Sequence record: NC_049849.1
Reading direction: 5' to 3' (one strand)
DNA: 64,000 nt
Positions 45,530-54,650 of the stretch are shown one piece after another (position 1 is the stretch's first letter; every line of letters begins with the position of its first letter). The position numbers were made by a program, and so were the translations under genes. The notes under the pieces are model-generated. The model was given only the letters and a program-made list of their open reading frames with translations. It was not told where the DNA came from and made no database searches.

Positions 45530-47302
45530 ATGGCTGACGAAATTCTCCAACTATCAGACCTGACTGCTGACTTTGACGAGTTCAAAGATCAGTTCAACGA
45601 ATTCCTGCGTACTCGTCCTGTATGGAAGGGCACGCTGACGACCATGACCTCGCAGACGTTGATCGACCTGGTGTCGGCTGTGGGTGCTCATGCGCAAGCT
45701 CGACTGATGCGAGCCAGTGAAGACTCGTTCGCAGAGACGGCACAGTCCGATGATGCGATTCGAGCAATCACGCAAATGCAAGGGTTACGACTGACGCGTA
45801 AGAATCCTGCTGTGATTCCTGCAACGCTAAACTCTGCGCAAGACGTGACTATCCCGCCATACACGCAGTTCACCGTTGGTGGTCAATACTACTTCAACCG
45901 CGATCAGCTCCCCATCGTTGCCAACGTGCCCGAAGCGGTTGAGCTCTATCAAGGTCAGCTCGTTGTCTACCAAGTCGGCATGGTCGGCACGCCGTACCAA
46001 ACTTTCCTGTCGGACGAGGACGGCTTCAACGTCAGCGATACTGATACGGTAGTGCGTGTCAACGGCAACATCATTGAACAGTCGCGTGGCGGCCTGTGGA
46101 ACTACAGGAACCTTCCTGCCTATTCTGACTTGACGTTGGCTGATGGCAAGCTGCTGGTGCAGTTCGGCAACGAAACCTTCGGGTCGATGCCCGGCGTCAA
46201 CGATACGGTGCTCATCAGCTACGCGTTGACCGAAGGCGACTCGGGCAACAACAAGAACCTGAAAGACAAGAAAGTCAACATCGACGGCTTCCCGTTGATA
46301 TCTGGTATCGTTACTGCTGATCCGACTGGCGGCTCGGATGAAAAGCCTATCGTGGTTTATAAGAACGTGGCCTCGGGCTCGTTCGGTACATACCAATCGG
46401 CGGTTACTCGTGCGCAGTATATCGCAATGGTGTCGACTTATCCTGGCATCATTGACGCAATCACGCAAGCGCAGCGTGAGATTGATCCGATGGACCTCAA
46501 GTGGATGAACGTCATTCGCGTATCGGCTTTGACCAACAGCCCGTGGACGCAGTCAATGATTGCGGACTTCATTGAGTACATGGAGAAGACTACCATGTAT
46601 TCGACGCGCTTCTACTGGCAAGACCCGATCCCTGTTGACCGCGACCTTTCGATTAATGTGTACTGCTATAACACGGCAGTGCTGTCGCAGATCAAGCAGA
46701 TTTCTGAAACGGCGATCACGCAACTGTTTGCTCCGAAGCCTGGCATTTTGCTGACTGACTTCTTTGAGTCGGATTTGACTTCGACCATCAAGACTGCAAC
46801 GACCGGCCAGGTCTCGCACGTTGACGTTATTAGCCCTACGGTAGCGATGACTGTCAGCCCGCCTCAAGCCGTGAGACCCGAGGTTACTCCGGTGCCGGGT
46901 GGTGGCGTGTTAGGCCCTCAAGTCTACGGCTACTCGATTGCAGTTGAGACCGCGGATGAGATTGGCCCGCCCAACAAGTGGGTGTTCCCACAACTGAAGG
47001 GCACGTTGGCAAACAATGCTTTGTCGTTGACGTGGAAGACTGTACCGAACGCGATCCGCTATCATATCTATGGCCGCAACAGTCAGCAAGGCTACGGCTT
47101 GATCGTTACGCTGGCTGCAGTGCCGAACGTTGACACTATGACGTATGTGGATACTGGAGCAATCACTCCGGTTGGTCCTCTGCCTCCGACCATCAGTCAA
47201 GCGCCGATTCGTTATAACCGACTGCGTAGTCTCATCATCAACGTCTACTATGCGGATCGTCAACAGAAGATGGACGGAACACCTGAACGGAAATCAGTAT
47301 GA
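45530..47302 (+). CDS. Baseplate wedge protein (T4 gp6/P2 gpJ-like), 590 aa
   Basis: SEDSFAETAQ, TGGSDEKP and AVTRAQY motifs; follows gp25. Confidence 0.8.
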   Translation: MADEILQLSDLTADFDEFKDQFNEFLRTRPVWKGTLTTMTSQTLIDLVSAVGAHAQARLMRASEDSFAETAQSDDAIRAITQMQGLRLTRKNPAVIPATLNSAQDVTIPPYTQFTVGGQYYFNRDQLPIVANVPEAVELYQGQLVVYQVGMVGTPYQTFLSDEDGFNVSDTDTVVRVNGNIIEQSRGGLWNYRNLPAYSDLTLADGKLLVQFGNETFGSMPGVNDTVLISYALTEGDSGNNKNLKDKKVNIDGFPLISGIVTADPTGGSDEKPIVVYKNVASGSFGTYQSAVTRAQYIAMVSTYPGIIDAITQAQREIDPMDLKWMNVIRVSALTNSPWTQSMIADFIEYMEKTTMYSTRFYWQDPIPVDRDLSINVYCYNTAVLSQIKQISETAITQLFAPKPGILLTDFFESDLTSTIKTATTGQVSHVDVISPTVAMTVSPPQAVRPEVTPVPGGGVLGPQVYGYSIAVETADEIGPPNKWVFPQLKGTLANNALSLTWKTVPNAIRYHIYGRNSQQGYGLIVTLAAVPNVDTMTYVDTGAITPVGPLPPTISQAPIRYNRLRSLIINVYYADRQQKMDGTPERKSV

Positions 47303-48519
47303 GCAATCCGTACGAGATAGATAAGCGGCTCGGTGTGAAGACTCCTCGCACCGTCTTGCTTCCACCCTATATGTTCGACGACTACTACGTCGAATACACG
47401 AACTCGATTGATGCGGTGTTCGGTCCCGAGGTGGACAACAAGATTCGAGTCATTCAGAAAATTCGGGATATGTGGGTGACCAATCCTGACCTCGAGCGTG
47501 AGGTCATGGCGCATCATGTGATTCCGTTTGATCTATGGAGTCAGCCGGAGCGCGAGATTCTGGTCAAGCAAGTTAACATGCTGGGCATGCGGCTGAAATC
47601 CGCTGGCGTGCTGACCAACAACGACTACCATGTGATTTCGCGTTTCCTCGGCCAGTACTGGTTTGAGAAAGGTACGTATGGCTTCATCGAGTTCATCAAC
47701 TTCTGCTTGGGGACAAATTTAATTGTCCGCAATCTGTGGAGCCGTGACGAAGGCGATGATGAGTACCACGACTTCACCGCAGAGGTTGGCGGAGTTCCAC
47801 CCGGCACTCCCATTTGGGAAGGCGGTGAGTGGTTCCCTACGACTCATGTAGAGATTGAAGCGAAGGGCGGGCTTGAGCGGCTGGACCTAGAGACGCTGGT
47901 CGAGTTCTTCTATGAGATTGCAAACTACAACCTGGTACTGCACTCGGTTGATATCTCATTCGACATGCCAGTCCTTGATACGCTGGGCAAGGCTAACCTC
48001 GAAGCAGAGATTGTCGCACTCGGCATGTATAACGATAACGTCGTTGTCATGAGCACTGAAGGCCGCTATGGTGTTGATGCTCCGCCGACTACAGAGCTAC
48101 CACAGCTGCCAACGCAGGTCCTAGTAGTTGCCGCTGGAGACGCCCCTGGCTTTGTCTTGACCAATCCGAATGCGTGGTTCGCAGATAACTCCGGCCGTAA
48201 GCTGATGGTTTACAATCCAGCGTCAGATGCGAACATCACAACGTCGGTGCGCGAGATTTTGGAGTTGCCTTCTGCTGTCATGGGCGCTTCGGTTGCGGAC
48301 TTCAATGCCGCAGTCGTGCTGTGCAATCCTACAGGTTGGGTGCGACTGCCTGGCGCGCAACGTGCTCGTGGTCGTATTCCTGTCTGGTCTGCGCAGCCCA
48401 CACTGACGGTCGATAACACTTCGATCAGCACTGAGACGCTAGGCTTTGGTCAATACTTCATCGTCAATCCGGTCGGCTGGACTCAGATCGAGCCTGGCAA
48501 GTTCACCCCTTACTGGTAA
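47299..48519 (+). CDS. Baseplate wedge protein (T4 gp7/P2 gpI-like), 406 aa
   Basis: YWFEKGTYGFIEFI motif; follows the gp6-like gene. Confidence 0.65.
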   Translation: MSNPYEIDKRLGVKTPRTVLLPPYMFDDYYVEYTNSIDAVFGPEVDNKIRVIQKIRDMWVTNPDLEREVMAHHVIPFDLWSQPEREILVKQVNMLGMRLKSAGVLTNNDYHVISRFLGQYWFEKGTYGFIEFINFCLGTNLIVRNLWSRDEGDDEYHDFTAEVGGVPPGTPIWEGGEWFPTTHVEIEAKGGLERLDLETLVEFFYEIANYNLVLHSVDISFDMPVLDTLGKANLEAEIVALGMYNDNVVVMSTEGRYGVDAPPTTELPQLPTQVLVVAAGDAPGFVLTNPNAWFADNSGRKLMVYNPASDANITTSVREILELPSAVMGASVADFNAAVVLCNPTGWVRLPGAQRARGRIPVWSAQPTLTVDNTSISTETLGFGQYFIVNPVGWTQIEPGKFTPYW

Positions 48520-48524
48520 ATCAA

Positions 48525-49604
48525 ATGGCAAATTTTGCACCCATCAAATACGCAGGTAAGCGATTCCTGCAAATGGTTAGCGGCGACAAGGTATCGCCTA
48601 CGTTCATTCCAGTTAGTGCTGGTGCTGGCAACATGATCCAGACGCGTGCCGATGGTTTGTACAATGGTGTCGTGCTGGCGAATCCGAATGTGTACGTTGC
48701 AGCTGCTGGTGTTGATGCAGCAGGACGTGGCACCAAGGCGGCTCCGTACAAGACGCTTGACTACGCCATCGACCAGATGCTTGCATCGGCAGGCACAATG
48801 CAGAACTACGAAGTCACGTTCTATCTGAAGGCCGGCGAGGCTTTCACTTGGAACAATCGCAGGTCTGTCACCAAGGCGGCCGTTCGCTTTGCATGGTTCG
48901 GAGACACCAAGTACGGCGACTACGGCGATCCATATTTGAACCAAGTCACGAACTCCATGTATATGTCGGACTTGCAACGCCCGGTCATAAACCCTATGAC
49001 TTCACAACCGGGCAACAGCTACTGGCAATGCGCGGGTCTGGACTTGGATGATTCAGCTGCTGCATTGCTGGGCGTGAAGATCAATCTGCCGGACAATCCT
49101 GCCAACCTGAGCGCAGCTGACTTCCCTGGCATGGATGTGTTCGCATCGTTCAGTACGGGACGTGTGGCGATTCATGGTGCTATCGTGAACAAGCGTTCCA
49201 ATGGCATGTATGCTGGACTGGTTGGAGTGAAGGCTTCGGGTAACATGACGTTGCAGCAAGAAGCTTCGCAACTGACTGTAGCAGATGTGCGCGTTGAAGC
49301 TGGAGCTGCCGTTCAGACATTGGAAATTCGCAAACACTTCTTCCACCTGTACGACTCGAACACTGCGAGCAACGAGTACTTCATCCCGATGTTTCCGAAC
49401 TCGGGCAATTCGAGTCCCGGCTCTGGCCTTCTGAATTTGTTTTGGACGGACAACGCATCAGCTGCCGTGCCGAGCTATGGAACGACTCTTGCAACGTATC
49501 CGGTCCAAACCAATCCGACCTATGGCGTGCGTCAGTACTTCAATGGTCTTCGCTTAGATGCGCAGTCGCGTCCCTTGAACGTTATCTCTGGCCGCGTGCT
49601 GTAA
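48525..49604 (+). CDS. Probable baseplate/fibre-associated protein, 359 aa
   Basis: VYVAAAGVDAAGRGTKAAPYKTLDYAI is a typical tailspike/beta-helix N-terminal motif. Confidence 0.6.
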   Translation: MANFAPIKYAGKRFLQMVSGDKVSPTFIPVSAGAGNMIQTRADGLYNGVVLANPNVYVAAAGVDAAGRGTKAAPYKTLDYAIDQMLASAGTMQNYEVTFYLKAGEAFTWNNRRSVTKAAVRFAWFGDTKYGDYGDPYLNQVTNSMYMSDLQRPVINPMTSQPGNSYWQCAGLDLDDSAAALLGVKINLPDNPANLSAADFPGMDVFASFSTGRVAIHGAIVNKRSNGMYAGLVGVKASGNMTLQQEASQLTVADVRVEAGAAVQTLEIRKHFFHLYDSNTASNEYFIPMFPNSGNSSPGSGLLNLFWTDNASAAVPSYGTTLATYPVQTNPTYGVRQYFNGLRLDAQSRPLNVISGRVL

Positions 49605-49615
49605 TGGAGATTTAA

Positions 49616-51166
49616 ATGGCAGCTAGTCCGCAGTTTCTAATTACCAATCAGGGCTTGGCCATTGCCAGTGTGGCCCTGCCGCAAGGTCCGTACATTCACA
49701 TCACTGAGTTCCGCGTGGGTGACGCGTATGGCTACCAGCCGACTCGCAACGACCCTGGCCTCAACGGCAACCTTCTGTTCTCTGCAGCACCGAAGTCCTA
49801 TCAGAACGTTGGCGACAATACGATGGACATTGTTTGCCAGATTCCGCCTGATGCGGGTCCGTTTGATTTCGGCGAGGTTGGCATTTACGTTGACGATCCG
49901 CAAGGCAACAAGGTGCTGTTTGCCAAAGCCGTGTGGGACACGCCGCAAACGAAATTCTCTAGCCTCGGCACCAACGTTGCATCGTCGTATACGTTCCACT
50001 GCCTGCTGAAACTCCAACAGTCGATTGCGGTTTTCAAGATCGACACGCTAGCCGATGTGTCAGTGTTGGAACTCGACAAGTGGTCGGATGTGATTGTGCC
50101 CTCTCGCGCAGCCAACCCGGACGTGCCGGTTCTGATTGTTCGCGAGCTCGATCCCGCTTTGAATTCTTCGCTGCTGCATCAAGCCACGACGGTTGCGACG
50201 GACAAGTGGACCGTAGGTACGAACTATGAGTCGTTCACGCCGTTCAACTCTGCTGGTATCTCTACGGTGCAGACGCAAGCAGGCGGTACGTACACCACGC
50301 TGATCGTACCGCAGTCGGCGATCCCTGCATCCATGGTGGCTGCGTATCGTAATCGTCAGATCGTTGCGGAAGTGACGACTGCGATTTCTCCGTACCGCAG
50401 CGTGGCTTCGATTTCAGCAGTCGGCAGCAACTACGTGCTGAACTTGAACCCCGATCCTCTGCAAGAGATTCCGCAACCTGGCACCCCTGTCATTCTGTAC
50501 GAAAGCGTGTCGCTGAAGACGCTTGGCTTGGCCACGCGCACTCAGGCAGGTCTGGTGATTCCTGGTGATCGTATTGACTACGACGGCGCTTCTGGCGTGT
50601 TCTCTGTTCAAGGATTGCTGCATTCGGCTGACAACAAGTCAGGTCGTCTGCTGACCAGCGCAGACAACTTGAACAACTTGGCACTTAATACGGGCCTGTA
50701 TCACGTTTACGGTGCTAGCCGTCCTGCTAATGGACCCCCTGTTACTGTGGGCGGCCATATCTATCACGTCAACACTGGCGGATTGATTACGCAAGAGTAT
50801 TGGCCTCAAAAGCTAGTTGCGAGCGATCCGATTACTCCGTACTGGCGTTTTTATGATTCTGGCGTGGCAGGTGGTACGTGGGGTCCTTGGACTGTCATTG
50901 GCGAGACTCCTTCGTCAGGTGGCTCCATTCAATATCTCGGGCAGTTCACTGGAATGCAAACGGGGGTCTTCCCAAGCGCAGGCGCCGTTACGGTGCGTGG
51001 TCTTGGTGGCGACAATGACGTGTTTGGATATCTGAACGGCAACGCCATTCTGCAGTCTCAGTCGGACGGCAACTCAGACTCGGGCATTACGATCCCAGGC
51101 TTCGAAGGGGCGACATGGGCTGCCAATGCTTATGGTCAATTCCAACTGTTCTTGATTCTCTACTAG
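49616..51166 (+). CDS. Baseplate-attached tail fibre (N-terminal DUF3751-like collar), 516 aa
   Basis: ITNQGL...ITEFRVGD...GPFDFGEVGIY...LFA; a knob repeat DNLNNLALNTGLYH. Confidence 0.75.
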   Translation: MAASPQFLITNQGLAIASVALPQGPYIHITEFRVGDAYGYQPTRNDPGLNGNLLFSAAPKSYQNVGDNTMDIVCQIPPDAGPFDFGEVGIYVDDPQGNKVLFAKAVWDTPQTKFSSLGTNVASSYTFHCLLKLQQSIAVFKIDTLADVSVLELDKWSDVIVPSRAANPDVPVLIVRELDPALNSSLLHQATTVATDKWTVGTNYESFTPFNSAGISTVQTQAGGTYTTLIVPQSAIPASMVAAYRNRQIVAEVTTAISPYRSVASISAVGSNYVLNLNPDPLQEIPQPGTPVILYESVSLKTLGLATRTQAGLVIPGDRIDYDGASGVFSVQGLLHSADNKSGRLLTSADNLNNLALNTGLYHVYGASRPANGPPVTVGGHIYHVNTGGLITQEYWPQKLVASDPITPYWRFYDSGVAGGTWGPWTVIGETPSSGGSIQYLGQFTGMQTGVFPSAGAVTVRGLGGDNDVFGYLNGNAILQSQSDGNSDSGITIPGFEGATWAANAYGQFQLFLILY

Positions 51167-51175
51167 GATTACGCA

Positions 51176-51706
51176 ATGACTACGTATGCAACCTACGACA
51201 AGGACGGCTACTTCAGTGGAGCCGTCGAGGCTGACGAGCAACCTGCTAACAGTTCTCCGTTCATGCCGCTTGAGTCGCCGCCTGGCTACCGTGCATGGTT
51301 TGACGGAGTTGGCTGGGTGCAGCAGCCGATTCTGAATGGCAAAGGTGCAGACCTGCAAGTTGCCAAGAGGACTGCTCTTGGTCTTCTAGCCCGGGCTGTA
51401 TTCCGCGATGCCGAAAGCGATGAGTATCCTGTGGCGGAGCGTGAGTCGTTTGATGCTCAGTATGCAGAGGCGCTGGCAGTGATTCGTGGCGATGACATTG
51501 GTACGTACATCACTGCTATCGCCGATGCTACCGGCCGCGATCCGCAAGCTTTGGCGAAGAGCATTGTACAGAAGCATGAGGCAAGTCGTGAACGTCACGC
51601 GGTCTTTGTAGCACAGCTGCAAGCGCTGCGTAGACAAATCGTGAACGCAAAGTCACCTGCGCAGATGCCAGCATACGCTGAACTGCAAAAGGTGGGAGTG
51701 CGCTAA
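51176..51706 (+). CDS. Tail-fibre assembly chaperone, 176 aa
   Basis: Follows the fibre gene; YPVAERESFDAQYAEALA...YITAIADATG pattern. Confidence 0.65.
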   Translation: MTTYATYDKDGYFSGAVEADEQPANSSPFMPLESPPGYRAWFDGVGWVQQPILNGKGADLQVAKRTALGLLARAVFRDAESDEYPVAERESFDAQYAEALAVIRGDDIGTYITAIADATGRDPQALAKSIVQKHEASRERHAVFVAQLQALRRQIVNAKSPAQMPAYAELQKVGVR

Positions 51707-51710
51707 AAGA

Positions 51711-51746
51711 AAAAGCCCCTAGAGAACTCAATCTCTAGGGGCTTTT
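51711..51746. terminator. Bidirectional intrinsic terminator between convergent operons
   Basis: Perfect 15 bp inverted repeat AAAAGCCCCTAGAGA-actcaa-TCTCTAGGGGCTTTT. Confidence 0.9.
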
Positions 51747-51760
51747 ATTTTACCTACTGA

Positions 51761-53005
51761 TTACGCAATCGTGCCAGTCTGGCCCGACAGATCAAACACG
51801 CCAGCAGCCACGCACTTCAGGACAACAGTTGCGCCCTCACCTGCCGTGGTAAGCAGTCCTTCGAAAGGTGCATTGATCGTCACACCCGCGCCGGCCGTGA
51901 ACGTCACGATACCAGCACCGGCTTGGCGTACTTCGAAGACTTGACCCACCGTAGCCACGCCCGTATTGACCGTAACCGTCACTGCGGTAGCCGACGTGCA
52001 GCGATTGTACATGCCTGCAACCACGTTGGTGCCTGCGGTAGTGCCGAGTTCAAGAGCATCACCCGCCAGAGTGTTGACTGCGTCAAACTGAGCCGGGATC
52101 GTCGGCTTGTTCTTGATGAAGTCCAGGGCTGCGGTATTGGCCTGTGCCCAGTCTGCTTGAATCTGTGCAGCCGGAATCGTAGGCTTGTTCTTGATGAAGT
52201 CTGCTGCCGTAGTCGTCGCCTGTGCCCAGTCTGCTTGAATCTGTGCAGCAGGAATGGTGGGGGTGCCAGACAGTTCAGAGTACGCAATCTGCTTCCACGT
52301 ACCGTTACCTGCGAGATACACAGTAGCCGATGCAGTACCCGTGCCGAGACGTGCGGGAGCAAACGTACCGCTCGTGATCTTCGCAACGTCCAAGTTCGGG
52401 ATGTCGGTAGCAACCAGAGTACGGAAACTCGGAGTCGCAGCGCCGCCGGTGGTCGGGCTAGCGAAAATCAAATTCGGCGATTGAGCAACCAGAGAGAACG
52501 CCAAGGTTCCAGAGGTCGTGACCGGAGAGCCCGCGACTGCAAGCAGGGCAGAAGGAACGGCTGCAGCAACAGAAGTCACCGTGCCAGTAGCGCCGCCACC
52601 TCCACCAGACTTCGGCGTCAGAACTGCCCACACCGAACCGGGATCATCAGCAGGAATCTCGGTGCTGGCTGCTTGCGCTGCTGCGTTGCGATAGACCAAA
52701 GCCGAAGCATCGGGAGTGACTGCGGTGTCCCATTGATAGTACACGTCAATGGTGTAGTCGGTGGTATACGTTTGGCTCATGGCTTGCGCGTCGAGAACGA
52801 GCAGCCAGCGCGTACCATCCTGGGTCCAATAGAGGCCAGCCTTGGTATCGCCTTGATTCGTAGTCAGCAGTGCCCACTGCGAAGCGTTAGCGTCCAAAGC
52901 AGGCAGCGCATCAACGCTACGAACTTCCTGCGGCCAGTCGGCATCCACGACGTGAACGGTGAGGTTGGCGGCCAGCAGAGGGGTGGTTTCAGACGAAATG
53001 GTCAT
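51761..53005 (-). CDS. Fibre-like virion protein, 414 aa
   Basis: Shares modules with 29248..30468 and 61278..63986; contains internal 26-aa repeats. Confidence 0.7.
   Translation of the reverse strand: MTISSETTPLLAANLTVHVVDADWPQEVRSVDALPALDANASQWALLTTNQGDTKAGLYWTQDGTRWLLVLDAQAMSQTYTTDYTIDVYYQWDTAVTPDASALVYRNAAAQAASTEIPADDPGSVWAVLTPKSGGGGGATGTVTSVAAAVPSALLAVAGSPVTTSGTLAFSLVAQSPNLIFASPTTGGAATPSFRTLVATDIPNLDVAKITSGTFAPARLGTGTASATVYLAGNGTWKQIAYSELSGTPTIPAAQIQADWAQATTTAADFIKNKPTIPAAQIQADWAQANTAALDFIKNKPTIPAQFDAVNTLAGDALELGTTAGTNVVAGMYNRCTSATAVTVTVNTGVATVGQVFEVRQAGAGIVTFTAGAGVTINAPFEGLLTTAGEGATVVLKCVAAGVFDLSGQTGTIA
52091..52255. repeat. 78-nt in-frame tandem repeat, about 2.1 copies (PTIPAAQIQADWAQA...DFIKNK)
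   Basis: GCCTGTGCCCAGTCTGCTTGAATCTGTGCAGC occurs at 52140 and 52218. Confidence 0.9.
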
Positions 53006-53133
53006 TGGTATTCCTCAATAGATTTTTGAGGAAGGGTACGCCTGAGTGAAGAAACACCCAGGCGGTTCGAGCTTTGTATTTTGGACTGGTCTTGTTGCCA
53101 GCCTCAGACTTTCATTGCGAACGTCTACTCGAC

Positions 53134-53346
53134 TTAACGGCCTTGACGTGTGCGGATGTTCTGCTCCGCATCAAAGTCATTACGACAGTCTACATTGCAA
53201 AAGGTTTTCTTGCCCTGTACTTCCTCGCCGCAGTAATGGCAGAAGCCAGACGAGACATGACGCTTGGGTTGGTTTCGTACGTTGTTGATAGCGTCTTCAA
53301 CGAACTGCAGACCGTTATCCGATCCATAGTCAACTGCTCTACTCAT
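53134..53346 (-). CDS. Small C4 zinc-finger protein (TraR/DksA-like or DUF2116-like), 70 aa
   Basis: FCHYCGE...FCNVDCR with an N-terminal helix. Confidence 0.55.
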   Translation of the reverse strand: MSRAVDYGSDNGLQFVEDAINNVRNQPKRHVSSGFCHYCGEEVQGKKTFCNVDCRNDFDAEQNIRTRQGR

Positions 53347-53691
53347 TTAGGTTCGATCCTGTTTAGGAAGCTCGCGACCGTATGCGCGATAGAGCGCTTC
53401 CTTTACGTGTTGATACTTCGCCTTCTCGTTGCGGTCCTGGTTCTTGCCAGACCGGTTAGTGAAGTACGATAGTTTGGAAATGGCTTGTTTGAATTCGGGG
53501 CACTTGGTCTTGAGTGTATTTACGATTTCCCCTACGCCTTTGGTGAACAGACCTTCCGGCAAGTCTTGTGCTGGATTGCGAGCTTTGCCTTCTTCCTTCT
53601 TTTCGGCATTGTCGATCCAGCGCTTAGGTGGCGGCTTGTTCTGGCGAGTAGGAAGCGCAGCACTCAAGCGCTGTGCAGCTAGGATTTTCAT
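53347..53691 (-). CDS. Leader-bearing DUF3175-like protein, 114 aa
   Basis: MKILAAQRLSA; DLPEGLFT...AISKLSYFTNRSGKN...KEALYRAYGR resembles DUF3175 (from memory). Confidence 0.65.
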   Translation of the reverse strand: MKILAAQRLSAALPTRQNKPPPKRWIDNAEKKEEGKARNPAQDLPEGLFTKGVGEIVNTLKTKCPEFKQAISKLSYFTNRSGKNQDRNEKAKYQHVKEALYRAYGRELPKQDRT

Positions 53692-53783
53692 GGGCTATCC
53701 TCGGGTATATGTAACTCCTATTACCATGATGCTCGGGTCTGATAGAAGTTCAAGCGGGACACCGTAGCGCCCGCGTGTGATGC

Positions 53784-53792
53784 TATGAAATT
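53784..53792 (-). promoter_or_regulatory. Candidate late-promoter motif AATTTCATA
   Basis: At the start of the ~100 nt gap upstream of the leader-bearing gene at 53691. Confidence 0.35.
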
Positions 53793-54046
53793 TAGGTCGT
53801 GGTTTCTTCAATCTCTACGACAGGCAAGAACACTTGCAGCTTTCGCAAGTCAGTATGTATGACTTCCGAGCCATCCGGCAATACCGTGCGGGTCGTTATC
53901 GGGTAGCTGCGGATTTCATACGTGCGATTGAAGTCCTCTGGCATCCACTCGTCATAGAGAAAGAAGGCAGTGAGCACTACCTCCTTCTCAGGATTGTCGA
54001 ACAGGAGCACCAAGATTTCATCCAAGTCAGTGCTGTTGGTTTCCAT
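53792..54046 (-). CDS. Hypothetical protein, 84 aa
   Basis: GAGG RBS; tiles in the operon. Confidence 0.6.
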   Translation of the reverse strand: METNSTDLDEILVLLFDNPEKEVVLTAFFLYDEWMPEDFNRTYEIRSYPITTRTVLPDGSEVIHTDLRKLQVFLPVVEIEETTT

Positions 54047-54049
54047 GCT

Positions 54050-54640
54050 TTACCTCATGTTGGTGAACCAAATCACCTTCTGCGATTGGAACTTGATGCC
54101 CAAGTCGTCCATGATGAATTCAGACGTTACTCGCGCATCCGTATCAAAGGGCTCATCGCTCAAGAACTCAGCAGTCACGCTACTGGCATCGCGCTCGTCC
54201 GGGCCGTCCTCTAGGAACTCAGAGGAAACGTTGAACGACGAAATATCAGCCGGTGGCATCAAGATGTACTGCGGACTGAGAACCTTGGCCGCCACCGCCA
54301 TAGTTGCGGGATACTCGTCGTCCATGACGAAGTCTGCTGCAACGTTGCGTACTTCAGGCTGTGCAGCAATGCGAACAAGAATCTGACGACCGACACTCGT
54401 GGCTGCCGTATCGGATAACGGCACGAAGCTATCGTCGTTTTCCAAATACTCCATTGCCGCGCTGCTGATGTTAGGCAATGTCGTAACCAGAACTTGCCTA
54501 CCAACCGCCGAAGCCTTCGTGTTCGCAAGAGTCGGTATCGTTAGGTCGTCACTGACAGCCTCGGACGTTACGGTGTTGACTGTTTCGTTCTCTAAGACGA
54601 TGAACTGAGGACTTAGGACCTTACCATCTATGTCGGCCAT
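54050..54640 (-). CDS. Acidic internally repetitive protein, 196 aa
   Basis: KVLSPQ twice, GRQ[VI]LV twice and [VA]xxE/DF[LIV]xD five times. Confidence 0.65.
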   Translation of the reverse strand: MADIDGKVLSPQFIVLENETVNTVTSEAVSDDLTIPTLANTKASAVGRQVLVTTLPNISSAAMEYLENDDSFVPLSDTAATSVGRQILVRIAAQPEVRNVAADFVMDDEYPATMAVAAKVLSPQYILMPPADISSFNVSSEFLEDGPDERDASSVTAEFLSDEPFDTDARVTSEFIMDDLGIKFQSQKVIWFTNMR

Positions 54641-54650
54641 CTAAGTCTCC

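Noticed and set aside
47711-47728. Inverted repeat GGACAA-atttaa-TTGTCC containing a near-promoter motif
   Set aside because: It is mid-gene, has a short stem with no U-tract, and mismatches the AATTTnATA consensus.
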